Below are positions 11,911 to 25,267 of a DNA stretch of 64,000 nucleotides, piece by piece. Both the position numbers and the translations under genes were made by a program. Location: positions 7,378,001-7,442,000 of the forward strand of contig CM102285.1 in assembly GCA_046563655.1 (NCBI GenBank). The letters are read 5' to 3'. The notes below the pieces were generated by a model. It was not told the DNA's origin, made no database searches, and saw nothing but the letters and a program-made list of their open reading frames with translations. The stretch is from Yuukianura sp. NJ FZ-2021 (lineage: Eukaryota). Each line of letters begins with the position of its first letter. The stretch's first letter is position 1.

Positions 11911-12454
11911 GATGAACTTTTGACACTAGGTCACTCGTTGACACCAAAAACACGATGGGAGTGACTCAACAGTCACTAGACACAAGTCCAATTGGTAACA
12001 CAAGGCTACTTGACACAAGGTCAAGGACGTACAATTGACACTAAAGTCTCAAAATTGGAAAAATGTTTGTGACTCGGTCACTTGAAGGACCTAACCTGAG
12101 CTGTCAATTGTAGGAATAAAGCAAAATGGCGGAACACAAGACAGATCCAATTTTATGAGCACTTTATTTTGCTCAAGTCTTTAGATTATTAATTAAAACA
12201 AGTTGTGGTCACACACACAGACAGACAGGAGGGAACAGACAGGAGATGTTGGTGGCTCAGTGGCTGAACAGACTCTCTCGGTGAAGCACAAGACTCCACA
12301 TCAATGTCCAGGAGAAGCCTGGACATGTCCACGCCAATGTCAAAGCTCACTTTGACCTTGGCGTCTCACTCTTTTTTATGCACTCACAACCTGCCTCTGG
12401 TTGACTCACAAAGTCAACCAATGACAGGCTGCAAATCAACCACAGCTACAAACA

Positions 12455-15400
12455 ATTTGTTTCAAAACAAAGCATTCGAAAAACCTCAGTGCGGAACGAT
12501 GCCGGGCTAAAATGACTTACTTTTCTGAACTCCTCCTGAAAAGTACTGCAGGACCCCAAGTTTAATTGGTGTGGATAGATCGCCTTTAAAGCTGGATAGA
12601 GCGGACTTGAAAGTCGGGATTAATCTATCCGCCTCGAATTTTATCTGGGGTTTTTTATACCGCACCCAGGGTAATGCCGAGCACCATTTTGACGTAAATC
12701 GACTTAAATTGGTGAGAATGAACATGCAAATGTGAGAAAGAACGAAAAGTAAATTACATTTTTGAAATCCTCATAAAAAGTGCCACAGGTACACACTTTC
12801 ACTTGCTGTGTTGTCCCTCATCTTGTTCCCTTTATTTATGAAAATTCATGTTTCAAAACAAAGAATTCAAAAGAAATGCATTCCTTAACGATGCTGGGTA
12901 AAAGTCAACTACATTTCTGAATTCCTCATAAAAAGTGCTACAGTCACCCACTTTCACTTGCTGTGTCGTCCCTCATCTTGTTACCTTTATTTATGACAAT
13001 TCATGTTTCAAAACAACAAATTCAAGAAAGTTGCACTCCGGAACGATACTGGGTAAGAGTCAACTACAGTTTTGAAATCCTCATAAAAAAGGCTACATGA
13101 ACCCAATTTCACTTGCTGTGTCGTCCCTCATCTCGTTACATTTATTTATGAAAATTTGTTTCAAAACAAAGCATTCGAAAAACCTCAGTGCGGAACGATG
13201 CCGGGTGAAAATGACTTACTTTTCTGAACTCCTCCTGAAAAGTACTGCAGGACCCCAAGTTTAATTGGTGTGGATAGATCGCCATTAAAGCTGGATAGAG
13301 CGGACTTAAAAGTCGGGATTAATCGCTCCGCCTCGAATTTTATCTGGGGTTTTTATACCGCACCCAGGGTAATGCCGAGCACCATTTTGACGTAAAACGA
13401 CTTAAATTGGTGAGAATGAACATGCAAATGTGAGAATGAACGAAAAGTAAATTACATTTTTGAAATCCTCATAAAAAGTGCCACAGGTACACACTTTCAC
13501 TTGCTGTGTCGTCCCTCATCTTGTTCCCTTTATTTATGAAAATTCATGTTTCAAAACAAAGAATTCAAAAGAAATGCATTCCGGAACGATGCTGGGTAAA
13601 AGTCAACTACATTTCTGAATTCCTCATAAAAAGTGCTACAGTAACCCACTTTCACTTGCTGTGTCGTCCCTCATCTTGTTACCTTTATTTATGAAAATTC
13701 ATGTTTCAAAACAACAAATTCAAGAAAGTTGCACTCCGGAACGATACTGGGTAAAAGTCAACTACAGTTTTAAAATCCTCATAAAACAGGCTACATGAAC
13801 CCAATTTCACTTGCTGTGTCGTCCCTCATCTCGTTACTTTTATTTATGAAAATTTGTTTCAAAACAAAGCATTCGAAAAACCTCAGTGCGGAACGATGCC
13901 GGGTGAAAATGACTTACTTTTCTGAACTCCTCCTGAAAAGTACTGCAGGACCCCAAGTTTAATTGGTGTGGATAGATCGCCATTAAAGCTGGATAGAGCG
14001 GACTTAAAAGTCGGGATTAATCGCTCCGCCTCGAATTTTATCTGGGGTTTTTATACCGCACCCAGGGTAATGCCGAGCACCATTTTGACTTAAAACGACT
14101 TAAATTGGTGAGAATGAACATGCAAATGTGAGAATGAACGAAAAGTAAATTACATTTTTGAAATCCTCATAAAAAGTGCCACAGGTACACACTTTCACTT
14201 GCTGTGTCGTCCCTCATCTTGTTCCCTTTATTTATGAAAATTCATGTTTCAAAACAAAGAATTCAAAAGAAATGCATTCCGGAACGATGCTGGGTAAAAG
14301 TCAACTACATTTCTGAATTCCTCATAAAAAGTGCTACAGTAACCCACTTTCACTTGCTGTGTCGTCCCTCATCTTGTTACCTTTATTTATGAAAATTCAT
14401 GTTTCAAAACAACAAATTCAAGAAAGTTGCACTCCGGAACGATACTGGGTAAAAGTCAACTACAGTTTTGAAATCCTCATAAAAAAGGCTACATGAGCCC
14501 AATTTCACTTGCTGTGTCGTCCCTCATCTCGTTACTTTTATTTATGAAAATTTGTTTCAAAACAAAGCATTCGAAAAACCTCAGTGCGGAACGATGCCGG
14601 GTGAAAATGACTTACTTTTCTGAACTCCTCCTGAAAAGTACTGCAGGACCCCAAGTTTAATTGGTGTGGATAGATCGCCATTAAAGCTGGATAGAGCGGA
14701 CTTAAAAGTCGGGATTAATCGCTCCGCCTCGAATTTTATCTGGGGTTTTTATACCGCACCCAGGGTAATGCCGAGCACCATTTTGACTTAAAACGACTTA
14801 AATTGGTGAGAATGAACATGCAAATGTGAGAATGAACGAAAAGTAAATTACATTTTTGAAATCCTCATAAAAAGTGCCACAGGTACACACTTTCACTTGC
14901 TGTGTCGTCCCTCATCTTGTTCCCTTTATTTATGAAAATTCATGTTTCAAAACAAAGAATTCAAAAGAAATGCATTCCTTAACGATGCTGGGTAAAAGTC
15001 AACTACATTTCTGAATTCCTCATAAAAAGTGCTACAGTAACCCACTTTCACTTGCTGTGTCGTCCCTCATCTTGTTACCTTTATTTATGAAAATTCATGT
15101 TTCAAAACAACAAATTCAAGAAAGTTGCACTCCGGAACGATACTGGGTAAAAGTCAACTACAGTTTTGAAATCCTCATAAAAAAGGCTACATGAACTCAA
15201 TTTCACTTGTTGTGTCGTCCCTCATCTCGTTACATTTATTTATGAAAATTTGTTTCAAAACAAAGCATTCGAAAAACCTCAGTGCGGAACGATGCCGGGT
15301 GAAAATGACTTACTTTTCTGAACTCCTCCTGAAAAGTACTGCAGGACCCCAAGTTTAATTGGTGTGGATAGATCGCCATTAAAGCTGGATAGAGCGGACT

Positions 15401-18400
15401 TAAAAGTCGGGATTAATCGCTCCGCCTCGAATTTTATCTGGGGTTTTTATACCGCACCCAGGGTAATGCCGAGCACCATTTTGACTTAAAACGACTTAAA
15501 TTGGTGAGAATGAACATGCAAATGTGAGAATGAACGAAAAGTAAATTACATTTTTGAAATCCTCATAAAAAGTGCCACAGGTACACACTTTCACTTGCTG
15601 TGTCGTCCCTCATCTTGTTACCTTTATTTATGAAAATTCATGTTTCAAAACAACAAATTCAAGAAAGTTGCACTCCGGAACGATACTGGGTAAAAGTCAA
15701 CTACAGTTTTGAAATCCTCATAAAAAAGGCTACATGAACCCAATTTCACTTGCTGTGTCGTCCCTCATCTCGTTACATTTATTTATGAAAATTTGTTTCA
15801 AAACAAAGCATTCGAAAAACCTCAGTGCGGAACGATGCCGGGTGAAAATGACTTACTTTTCTGAACTCCTCCTGAAAAGTACTGCAGGACCCCAAGTTTA
15901 ATTGGTGTGGATAGATCGCCATTAAAGCTGGATAGAGCGGACTTAAAAGTCGGGATTAATCGCTCCGCCTCGAATTTTATCTGGGGTTTTTATACCGCAC
16001 CCAGGGTAATGCCGAGCACCATTTTGACGTAAAACGACTTAAATTGGTGAGAATGAACATGCAAATGTGAGAATGAACGAAAAGTAAATTACATTTTTGA
16101 AATCCTCATAAAAAGTGCCACAGGTACACACTTTCACTTGCTGTGTCGTCCCTCATCTTGTTCCCTTTATTTATGAAAATTCATGTTTCAAAACAAAGAA
16201 TTCAAAAGAAATGCATTCGGGAACGATGCTGGGTAAAAGTCAACTACATTTCTGAATTCCTCATAAAAAGTGCTACGCAACCCACTTCCACTTGCTGTGT
16301 CGTCCCTCATCTTGTTACCTTTATTTATGAAAATTCATGTTTCAAAACAAAGAATTCAAAAGAAATGCACTCCGGAACGATGCTGGGTAAAAGTCAACTA
16401 CATTTCTGAATTCCTCATAAAAAGTACTACAGTAACCCACTTTCACTTGCTGTGTCGTCCCTCATCTTGTTACCTTTATTTATGAACATTCATGTTTCAA
16501 AACAACAAATTCAAGAAAGTTGCACTCCGGAACGATACTGGGTAAAAGTCAACTACAGTTTTGAAATCCTCATAAAAAAGGCTACATGAACCCAATTTCA
16601 CTTGCTGTGTCGTCCCTCATCTTGTTACCTTTATTTATGAAAATTCATGTTTCAAAACAAAGAATTCAAAAGAAATGCATTCCGGAACGATGCTGGGTAA
16701 AAGTCAACTACATTTCTGAATTCCTCATAAAAAGTGCTACGCAACCCACTTCCACTTGCTCTGTCGTCCCTCATCTTGTTACCTTTATTTATGAAAATTC
16801 ATGTTTCAAAACAAAGAATTCAAAAGAAATGCATTCCGGAACGATACTGGGTAAAAGTCAACTACAGTTTTGAAATACTCATAAAAAAGGCTACATGAAC
16901 CCAATTTCACTTGCTGTGTTGTCCCTCATCTCGTTACATTTATTTATGAAAATTTGTTTCAAAACAAAGCATTCGAAAAACCTCAGTGCGGAACGATGCC
17001 GGGTGAAAATGACTTACTATTCTGAACTCCTCCTGAAAAGTAATGCAGGACCCCAAGTTTAATTGGTGTGGATAGATCGCCATTAAAGCTGGATAGAGCG
17101 GACTTAAAAGTCGGGATTAATCGCTCCGCCTCGAATTTTATCTGGGGTTTTTATACCGCACCCAGGGTAATGCCGAGCACCATTTTGACGTAAAACGACT
17201 TAAATTGGTGAGAATAAACATGCAAATGTGAGAATGAACGAAAAGTAAATTACATTTTTGAAATCCTCATAAAAAGTGCCACAGGTACACACTTTCACTT
17301 GTTGTGTTGTCCCTCATCTTGTTCCCTTTATTTATGAAAATTCATGTTTCAAAACAAAGAATTCAAAAGAAATGCATTCCTTAACGATGCTGGGTAAAAG
17401 TCAACTACATTTCTGAATTCCTCATAAAAAGTGCTACAGTAACCCACTTTCACTTGCTGTGTCGTCCCTCATCTTGTTACCTTTATTTATGAAAATTCAT
17501 GTTTCAAAACAACAAATTCAAGAAAGTTGCACTCCGGAACGATACTGGGTAAAAGTCAACTACAGTTTTGAAATCCTCATAAAAAAGGCTACATGAACCC
17601 AATTTCACTTGCTGTGTTGTCCCTCATCTCGTTACATTTATTTATGAAAATTTGTTTCAAAACAAAGCATTCGAAAAACCTCAGTGCGGAACGATGCCGG
17701 GTGAAAATGACTTACTTTTCTGAACTCCTCCTGAAAAGTACTGCAGGACCCCAAGTTTAATTGGTGTGGATAGATCGCCATTAAAGCTGGATAGAGCGGA
17801 CTTAAAAGTCGGGATTAATCGCTCCGCCTCGAATTTTATCTGGGGTTTTTATACCGCACCCAGGGTAATGCCGAGCACCATTTTGACGTAAAACGACTTA
17901 AATTGGTGAGAATGAACATGCAAATGTGAGAATGAACGAAAAGTAAATTACATTTTTGAAATCCTCATAAAAAGTGCCACAGGTACACACTTTCACTTGC
18001 TGTGTCGTCCCTCATCTTGTTCCCTTTATTTATGAAAATTCATGTTTCAAAACAAAGAATTCAAAAGAAATGCATTCCGGAACGATGCTGGGTAAAAGTC
18101 AACTACATTTCTGAATTCCTCATAAAAAGTGCTACAGTAACCCACTTTCACTTGCTGTGTCGTCCCTCATCTTGTTACCTTTATTTATGAAAATTCATGT
18201 TTCAAAACAACAAATTCAAGAAAGTTGCACTCCGGAACGATACTGGGTAAAAGTCAACTACAGTTTTAAAATCCTCATAAAACAGGCTACATGAACCCAA
18301 TTTCACTTGCTGTGTCGTCCCTCATCTCGTTACTTTTATTTATGAAAATTTGTTTCAAAACAAAGCATTCGAAAAACCTCAGTGCGGAACGATGCCGGGC

Positions 18401-21400
18401 TAAAATGACTTACTTTTCTGAACTCCTCCTGAAAAGTACTGCAGGACCCCAAGTTTAATTGGTGTGGATAGATCGCCTTTAAAGCTGGATAGAGCGGACT
18501 TGAAAGTCGGGATTAATCTATCCGCCTCGAATTTTATCTGGGGTTTTTTATACCGCACCCAGGGTAATGCCGAGCACCATTTTGACGTAAATCGACTTAA
18601 ATTGGTGAGAATGAACATGCAAATGTGAGAAAGAACGAAAAGTAAATTACATTTTTGAAATCCTCATAAAATGTGCCACAGGTACACACTTTCACTTGCT
18701 GTGTTGTCCCTCATCTTGTTCCCTTTATTTATGAAAATTCATGTTTCAAAACAAAGAATTCAAAAGAAATGCATTCCTTAACGATGCTGGGTAAAAGTCA
18801 ACTACATTTCTGAATTCCTCATAAAAAGTGCTACAGTAACCCACTTTCACTTGCTGTGTCGTCCCTCATCTTGTTACCTTTATTTATGAAAATTCATGTT
18901 TCAAAACAACAAATTCAAGAAAGTTGCACTCCGGAACGATACTGGGTAAAAGTCAACTACAGTTTTGAAATCCTCATAAAAAAGGCTACATGAACCCAAT
19001 TTCACTTGCTGTGTCGTCCCTCATCTTGTTACCTTTATTTATGAAAATTTGTTTCAAAACAAAGCATTCGAAAAACCTCAGTGCGGAACGATGCCGGGTG
19101 AAAATGACTTACTTTTCTGAACTCCTCCTGAAAAGTACTGCAGGACCCCAAGTTTAATTGGTGTGGATAGATCGCCATTAAAGCTGGATAGAGCGGACTT
19201 AAAAGTCGGGATTAATCGCTCCGCCTCGAATTTTATCTGGGGTTTTTATACCGCACCCAGGGTAATGCCGAGCACCATTTTGACGTAAAACGACTTAAAT
19301 TGGTGAGAATGAACATGCAAATGTGAGAATGAACGAAAAGTAAATTACATTTTTGAAATCCTCATAAAAAGTGCCACAGGTACACACTTTCACTTGCTGT
19401 GTCGTCCCTCATCTTGTTCCCTTTATTTATGAAAATTCATGTTTCAAAACAAAGAATTCAAAAGAAATGCATTCCGGAACGATGCTGGGTAAAAGTCAAC
19501 TACATTTCTGAATTCCTCATAAAAAGTGCTACAGTAACCCACTTTCACTTGCTGTGTCGTCGCTCATCTTGTTACCTTTATTTATGAAAATTCATGTTTC
19601 AAAACAACAAATTCAAGAAAGTTGCACTCCGGAACGATACTGGGTAAAAGTCAACTACAGTTTTAAAATCCTCATAAAACAGGCTACATGAACCCAATTT
19701 CACTTGCTGTGTCGTCCCTCATCTCGTTACTTTTATTTATGAAAATTTGTTTCAAAACAAAGCATTCGAAAAACCTCAGTGCGGAACGATGCCGGGTGAA
19801 AATGACTTACTTTTCTGAACTCCTCCTGAAAAGTACTGCAGGACCCCAAGTTTAATTGGTGTGGATAGATCGCCATTAAAGCTGGATAGAGCGGACTTAA
19901 AAGTCGGGATTAATCGCTCCGCCTCGAATTTTATCTGGGGTTTTTATACCGCACCCAGGGTAATGCCGAGCACCATTTTGACTTAAAACGACTTAAATTG
20001 GTGAGAATGAACATGCAAATGTGAGAATGAACGAAAAGTAAATTACATTTTTGAAATCCTCATAAAAAGTGCCACAGGTACACACTTTCACTTGCTGTGT
20101 CGTCCCTCATCTTGTTCCCTTTATTTATGAAAATTCATGTTTCAAAACAAAGAATTCAAAAGAAATGCATTCCTTAACGATGCTGGGTAAAAGTCAACTA
20201 CATTTCTGAATTCCTCATAAAAAGTGCTACAGTAACCCACTTTCACTTGCTGTGTCGTCCCTCATCTTGTTACCTTTATTTATGAAAATTCATGTTTCAA
20301 AACAACAAATTCAAGAAAGTTGCACTCCGGAACGATACTGGGTAAAAGTCAACTACAGTTTTGAAATCCTCATAAAAAAGGCTACATGAACTCAATTTCA
20401 CTTGTTGTGTCGTCCCTCATCTCGTTACATTTATTTATGAAAATTTGTTTCAAAACAAAGCATTCGAAAAACCTCAGTGCGGAACGATGCCGGGTGAAAA
20501 TGACTTACTTTTCTGAACTCCTCCTGAAAAGTACTGCAGGACCCCAAGTTTAATTGGTGTGGATAGATCGCCATTAAAGCTGGATAGAGCGGACTTAAAA
20601 GTCGGGATTAATCGCTCCGCCTCGAATTTTATCTGGGGTTTTTATACCGCACCCAGGGTAATGCCGAGCACCATTTTGACTTAAAACGACTTAAATTGGT
20701 GAGAATGAACATGCAAATGTGAGAATGAACGAAAAGTAAATTACATTTTTGAAATCCTCATAAAAAGTGCCACAGGTATACACTTTCACTTGCTGTGTCG
20801 TCCCTCATCTTGTTCCCTTTATTTATGAAAATTCATGTTTCAAAACAAAGAATTCAAAAGAAATGCATTCCGGAACGATGCTGGGTAAAAGTCAACTACA
20901 TTTCTGAATTCCTCATAAAAAGTGCTACAGTAACCCACTTTCACTTGCTGTGTCGTCCCTCATCTTGTTACCTTTATTTATGAAAATTCATGTTTCAAAA
21001 CAACAAATTCAAGAAAGTTGCACTCCGGAACGATACTGGGTAAAAGTCAACTACAGTTTTGAAATCCTCATAAAAAAGGCTACATGAACCCAATTTCACT
21101 TGCTGTGTCGTCCCTCATCTCGTTACATATATTTATGAAAATTTGTTTCAAAACAAAGCATTCGAAAAACCTCAGTGCGGAACGATGCCGGGTGAAAATG
21201 ACTTACTTTTCTGAACTCCTCCTGAAAAGTACTGCAGGACCCCAAGTTTAATTGGTGTGGATAGATCGCCATTAAAGCTGGATAGAGCGGACTTAAAAGT
21301 CGGGATTAATCGCTCCGCCTCGAATTTTATCTGGGGTTTTTATACCGCACCCAGGGTAATGCCGAGCACCATTTTGACGTAAAACGACTTAAATTGGTGA

Positions 21401-23094
21401 GAATGAACATGCAAATGTGAGAATGAACGAAAAGTAAATTACATTTTTGAAATCCTCATAAAAAGTGCCACAGGTACACACTTTCACTTGCTGTGTCGTC
21501 CCTCATCTTGTTCCCTTTATTTATGAAAATTCATGTTTCAAAACAAAGAATTCAAAAGAAATGCATTCCGGAACGATGCTGGGTAAAAGTCAACTACATT
21601 TCTGAATTCCTCATAAAAAGTGCTACGCAACCCACTTCCACTTGCTGTGTCGTCCCTCATCTTGTTACCTTTATTTATGAAAATTCATGTTTCAAAACAA
21701 AGAATTCAAAAGAAATGCACTCCGGAACGATGCTGGGTAAAAGTCAACTACATTTCTGAATTCCTCATAAAAAGTGCTACAGTAACCCACTTTCACTTGC
21801 TGTGTCGTCCCTCATCTTGTTACCTTTATTTATGAACATTCATGTTTCAAAACAACAAATTCAAGAAAGTTGCACTCCGGAACGATACTGGGTAAAAGTC
21901 AACTACAGTTTTGAAATCCTCATAAAAAAGGCTACATGAACCCAATTTCACTTGCTGTGTCGTCCCTCATCTCGTTACATATATTTATGAAAATTTGTTT
22001 CAAAACAAAGCATTCGAAAAACCTCAGTGCGGAACGATGCCGGGTGAAAATGACTTACTTTTCTGAACTCCTCCTGAAAAGTACTGCAGGACCCCAAGTT
22101 TAATTGGTGTGGATAGATCGCCATTAAAGCTGGATAGAGCGGACTTAAAAGTCGGCATTAATCGCTCCGCCTCGAATTTTATCTGGGGTTTTTATACCGC
22201 ACCCAGGGTAATGCCGAGCACCATTTTGACGTAAAACGACTTAAATTGGTGAGAATGAACATGCAAATGTGAGAATGAACGAAAAGTAAATTACATTTTT
22301 GAAATCCTCATAAAAAGTGCCACAGGTACACACTTTCACTTGCTGTGTCGTCCCTCATCTTGTTCCCTTTATTTATGAAAATTCATGTTTCAAAACAAAG
22401 AATTCAAAAGAAATGCATTCCGGAACGATGCTGGGTAAAAGTCAACTACATTTCTGAATTCCTCATAAAAAGTGCTACGCAACCCACTTCCACTTGCTGT
22501 GTCGTCCCTCATCTTGTTACCTTTATTTATGAAAATTCATGTTTCAAAACAAAGAATTCAAAAGAAATGCACTCCGGAACGATGCTGGGTAAAAGTCAAC
22601 TACATTTCTGAATTCCTCATAAAAAGTGCTACAGTAACCCACTTTCACTTGCTGTGTCGTCCCTCATCTTGTTACCTTTATTTATGAACATTCATGTTTC
22701 AAAACAACAAATTCAAGAAAGTTGCACTCCGGAACGATACTGGGTAAAAGTCAACTACAGTTTTGAAATCCTCATAAAAAAGGCTACATGAACCCAATTT
22801 CACTTGCTGTGTCGTCCCTCATCTTGTTACCTTTATTTATGAAAATTCATGTTTCAAAACAAAGAATTCAAAAGAAATGCATTCCGGAACGATGCTGGGT
22901 AAAAGTCAACTACATTTCTGAATTCCTCATAAAAAGTGCTACGCAACCCACTTCCACTTGCTCTGTCGTCCCTCATCTTGTTACCTTTATTTATGAAAAT
23001 TCATGTTTCAAAACAAAGAATTCAAAAGAAATGCATTCCGGAACGATACTGGGTAAAAGTCAACTACAGTTTTGAAATACTCATAAAAAAGGCT
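12455..23094. repeat. Higher-order satellite array, right block
   Basis: Same 698-bp unit. Monomer-only runs occur at ~16.1-16.9 kb and ~22.3-23.1 kb. The array ends abruptly at AAAAAGGCTA|GATGT. Confidence 0.97.
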
Positions 23095-25267
23095 AGATGT
23101 AAATATCCGGTTCGCCGAACTTTCGAACTGCGCTTAGCCTTGCAAAAATTCTCTCGACCCGACCCGACCCGCGCCTGCACCCCCAGCGAACCGCACCGCG
23201 CTGCGCTTGTCCTTCCAAAAAATCACATCGAACCGAACCGACCCGCGCTTGCACTTACTTCGACCCGACCCGAACTGCGCTTGCACCCTGTAAATTTTTC
23301 TTCGAACCGCACCGAACTGCGCCCTCGAACTTGCGAACTTCGGTCGAACCGCGCCCAAACTAGGAATTAAAATCGAACTGCGCTCAAATCTAGGAAATGC
23401 GTCGGCCCGCGCTTAATATTACTAGAATCATTCAAGATTATATGAACAAAGTTTGATTGTTTCTTGTTCATATTACATCTTTAATATTCAGGTGTATTAT
23501 TTAACGATTCTAATTGTAAATTGTTATTTTGATTTCACCTAATCGAATTCATTTCAACTTCATGCACAGTAGTATGCCATCGAAAACAAAAAGTATTAAG
23601 CAGTGGCAATTAAAACTGTAATATCCAGAGATGAGAAAAATATTTTCTCTCCATGCACTCAGCGTTAAGAAAAAGTAATAGCTTGGACTGTTTTAATAGT
23701 ACATATTTATTTTTTCCCGTGCTCTTAATATTAAATATGTAAATATTTCAATGTTTCTTAAAGAAAATATAGAATGTTTAAATATAGAGTCGCTTTGTAG
23801 AAAACATTTTTCTGGTGTCATCTCTATTCCATTGTATGAGCAAGAAATCATTTAATTTTTCATAATTTCGCGGGGCAAAATGTGTTTTCTTATATATTAC
23901 ATATTTTCATATTTTTAAATATATTTCGTGAAAAAAATATAAAAAGTATTTAGCAAAATATTCCCAGAATTTGGCAACAAGGAGGCATTTTCGGCAAATA
24001 TGTAACAATTTTGTGGGCATTCCGTTTAAAATGCTCGAATATGTCAACAATTATCCACAAAATCACACTGATGTAAAAGAAATTTTGATCCCGTTTATCG
24101 CAGGATTACTTTTCGATTCACTTTATTTAAATCGTTTTTTTTATTAATTTAAAGCAAAACATAAACTGCAAAAAAATTCATTTTACACTTACTTAATTTG
24201 TATTAAGTGGACGTGATTCCCCTTGATATAAAATTAACTTTTAGTATAAATTCTAAATTTATACTTAATTAATTTATATTAAGTGGATGTGTGAGGCGGT
24301 AAAATTAAAAAAAAATAACGATTTTCGGAAGAAAAAATTCTCATACTCTCTTCAACTTATTTCTATTATATTTCTAGGGTTTTGATAATGAACTTTACGA
24401 ATATGTTTTTTCAAAAGAAAGGAATCATAGAAATAAATAATTTAAAAAAAATCATAACAAAACATGAATTCGAAGTTGATAGGGCAAGAGGATGGCCACT
24501 AACCTTCCGGTGAAGGTGAAATTCTTTTAATTTTTGGAAATTTTCTACTCTGGCTATGAAGGTATTAAAAAGAATAAGACTTTGAAACTGAAGCGTCAAT
24601 AAATCACATGTATTCTAAAGTCACAATTATTAATTGCTTAAATTCCATATGTAGATGTTAAGGTAATTTCATTCTTTTAGTTTCGATCAGCACAGTAATA
24701 TATCCCAATTAATGTATTAAATATCGCGGTAACATATCGCATCGCAGTTAGTTTATTAAATGGAGAACAACATCCTAGGTTGTTGTTCACTTACCATTTG
24801 AGAAAAGATTTAGATATATTCTTTCAAGTTTTGATGGAAATTATTTCATTAATTCATTACACATATTTTTGACAGCTCTAATGATCATTCATTCTTTCAA
24901 CACGGACGCGGGAGCACAGAGAATTCAAATGCAAGATAGATATATACAGGCAGCCCTGCGGATATGTCTATATATCTAGGCTGGATATGGGTTCGCCGAA
25001 CCGGCCACAAACATATGATGGGTTCGCCGAACTTTCAAACCGCGCCCATCACCCTCTCGACCCGACCCGAACTCGTTTGGCTTGACAAAAAATTGCATCG
25101 AACCGACCCGACCCGCGCTTGCACCCTCGTCGACCCGACCGGAACTGCGCTGGCACCCTGAAAAATTCTCTTCGCATCGAACCGCGCCGACCCAAAGCGC
25201 GGGCGCAGTTCGGGCGCGGTTCGAAAATTTCGCGCCCTAAAGTTCGGCGAACCGCGAATTTACATCT
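23095..25267. mobile_element. Non-autonomous TIR DNA transposon (possibly hAT-like)
   Basis: Imperfect ~29-bp TIR AGATGTAAAT(ATC/TCG)CGGTTCGCCGAACTTT at both ends. GC-rich subterminal repeats (CGACCCGACC, CGAACTGCGC) and an AT-rich non-coding core. No TSD found. Confidence 0.75.

Larger units (their letters stand above)
7832..12454 (-). mobile_element. BEL/Pao LTR retrotransposon, internally deleted, very recent insertion
   Basis: LTRs 7832-8221 and 12064-12454 have TGTTTGT...ACAAACA ends and differ by only one T indel on visual comparison. 5-bp TSD ATTTG (7827-7831, 12455-12459). PPT AGGTGGGAG at 8222-8230 (minus). Satellite phase continues across the insertion. Confidence 0.96.

Noticed and set aside
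11930..11950. TTTTTGGTGTCA as a tRNA-Leu-like PBS of the BEL element
   Set aside because: Only ~8 nt of match and ~115 nt from the LTR, too far to generate the observed LTR end.
1031..23075. Many repeated 62-95 aa ORFs (MSSLILF..., MFILTNL...)
   Set aside because: By-products of satellite periodicity: mostly non-ATG starts, and opened or closed by single variants.
1..23094. CRISPR-like repeat-spacer array
   Set aside because: The spacers are identical copies, the repeats are ~154 bp, the context is eukaryotic and there are no cas genes.
22936..23370. 144-aa ORF across the satellite/TIR junction
   Set aside because: Chimeric read-through of two repeats, with no domain features.
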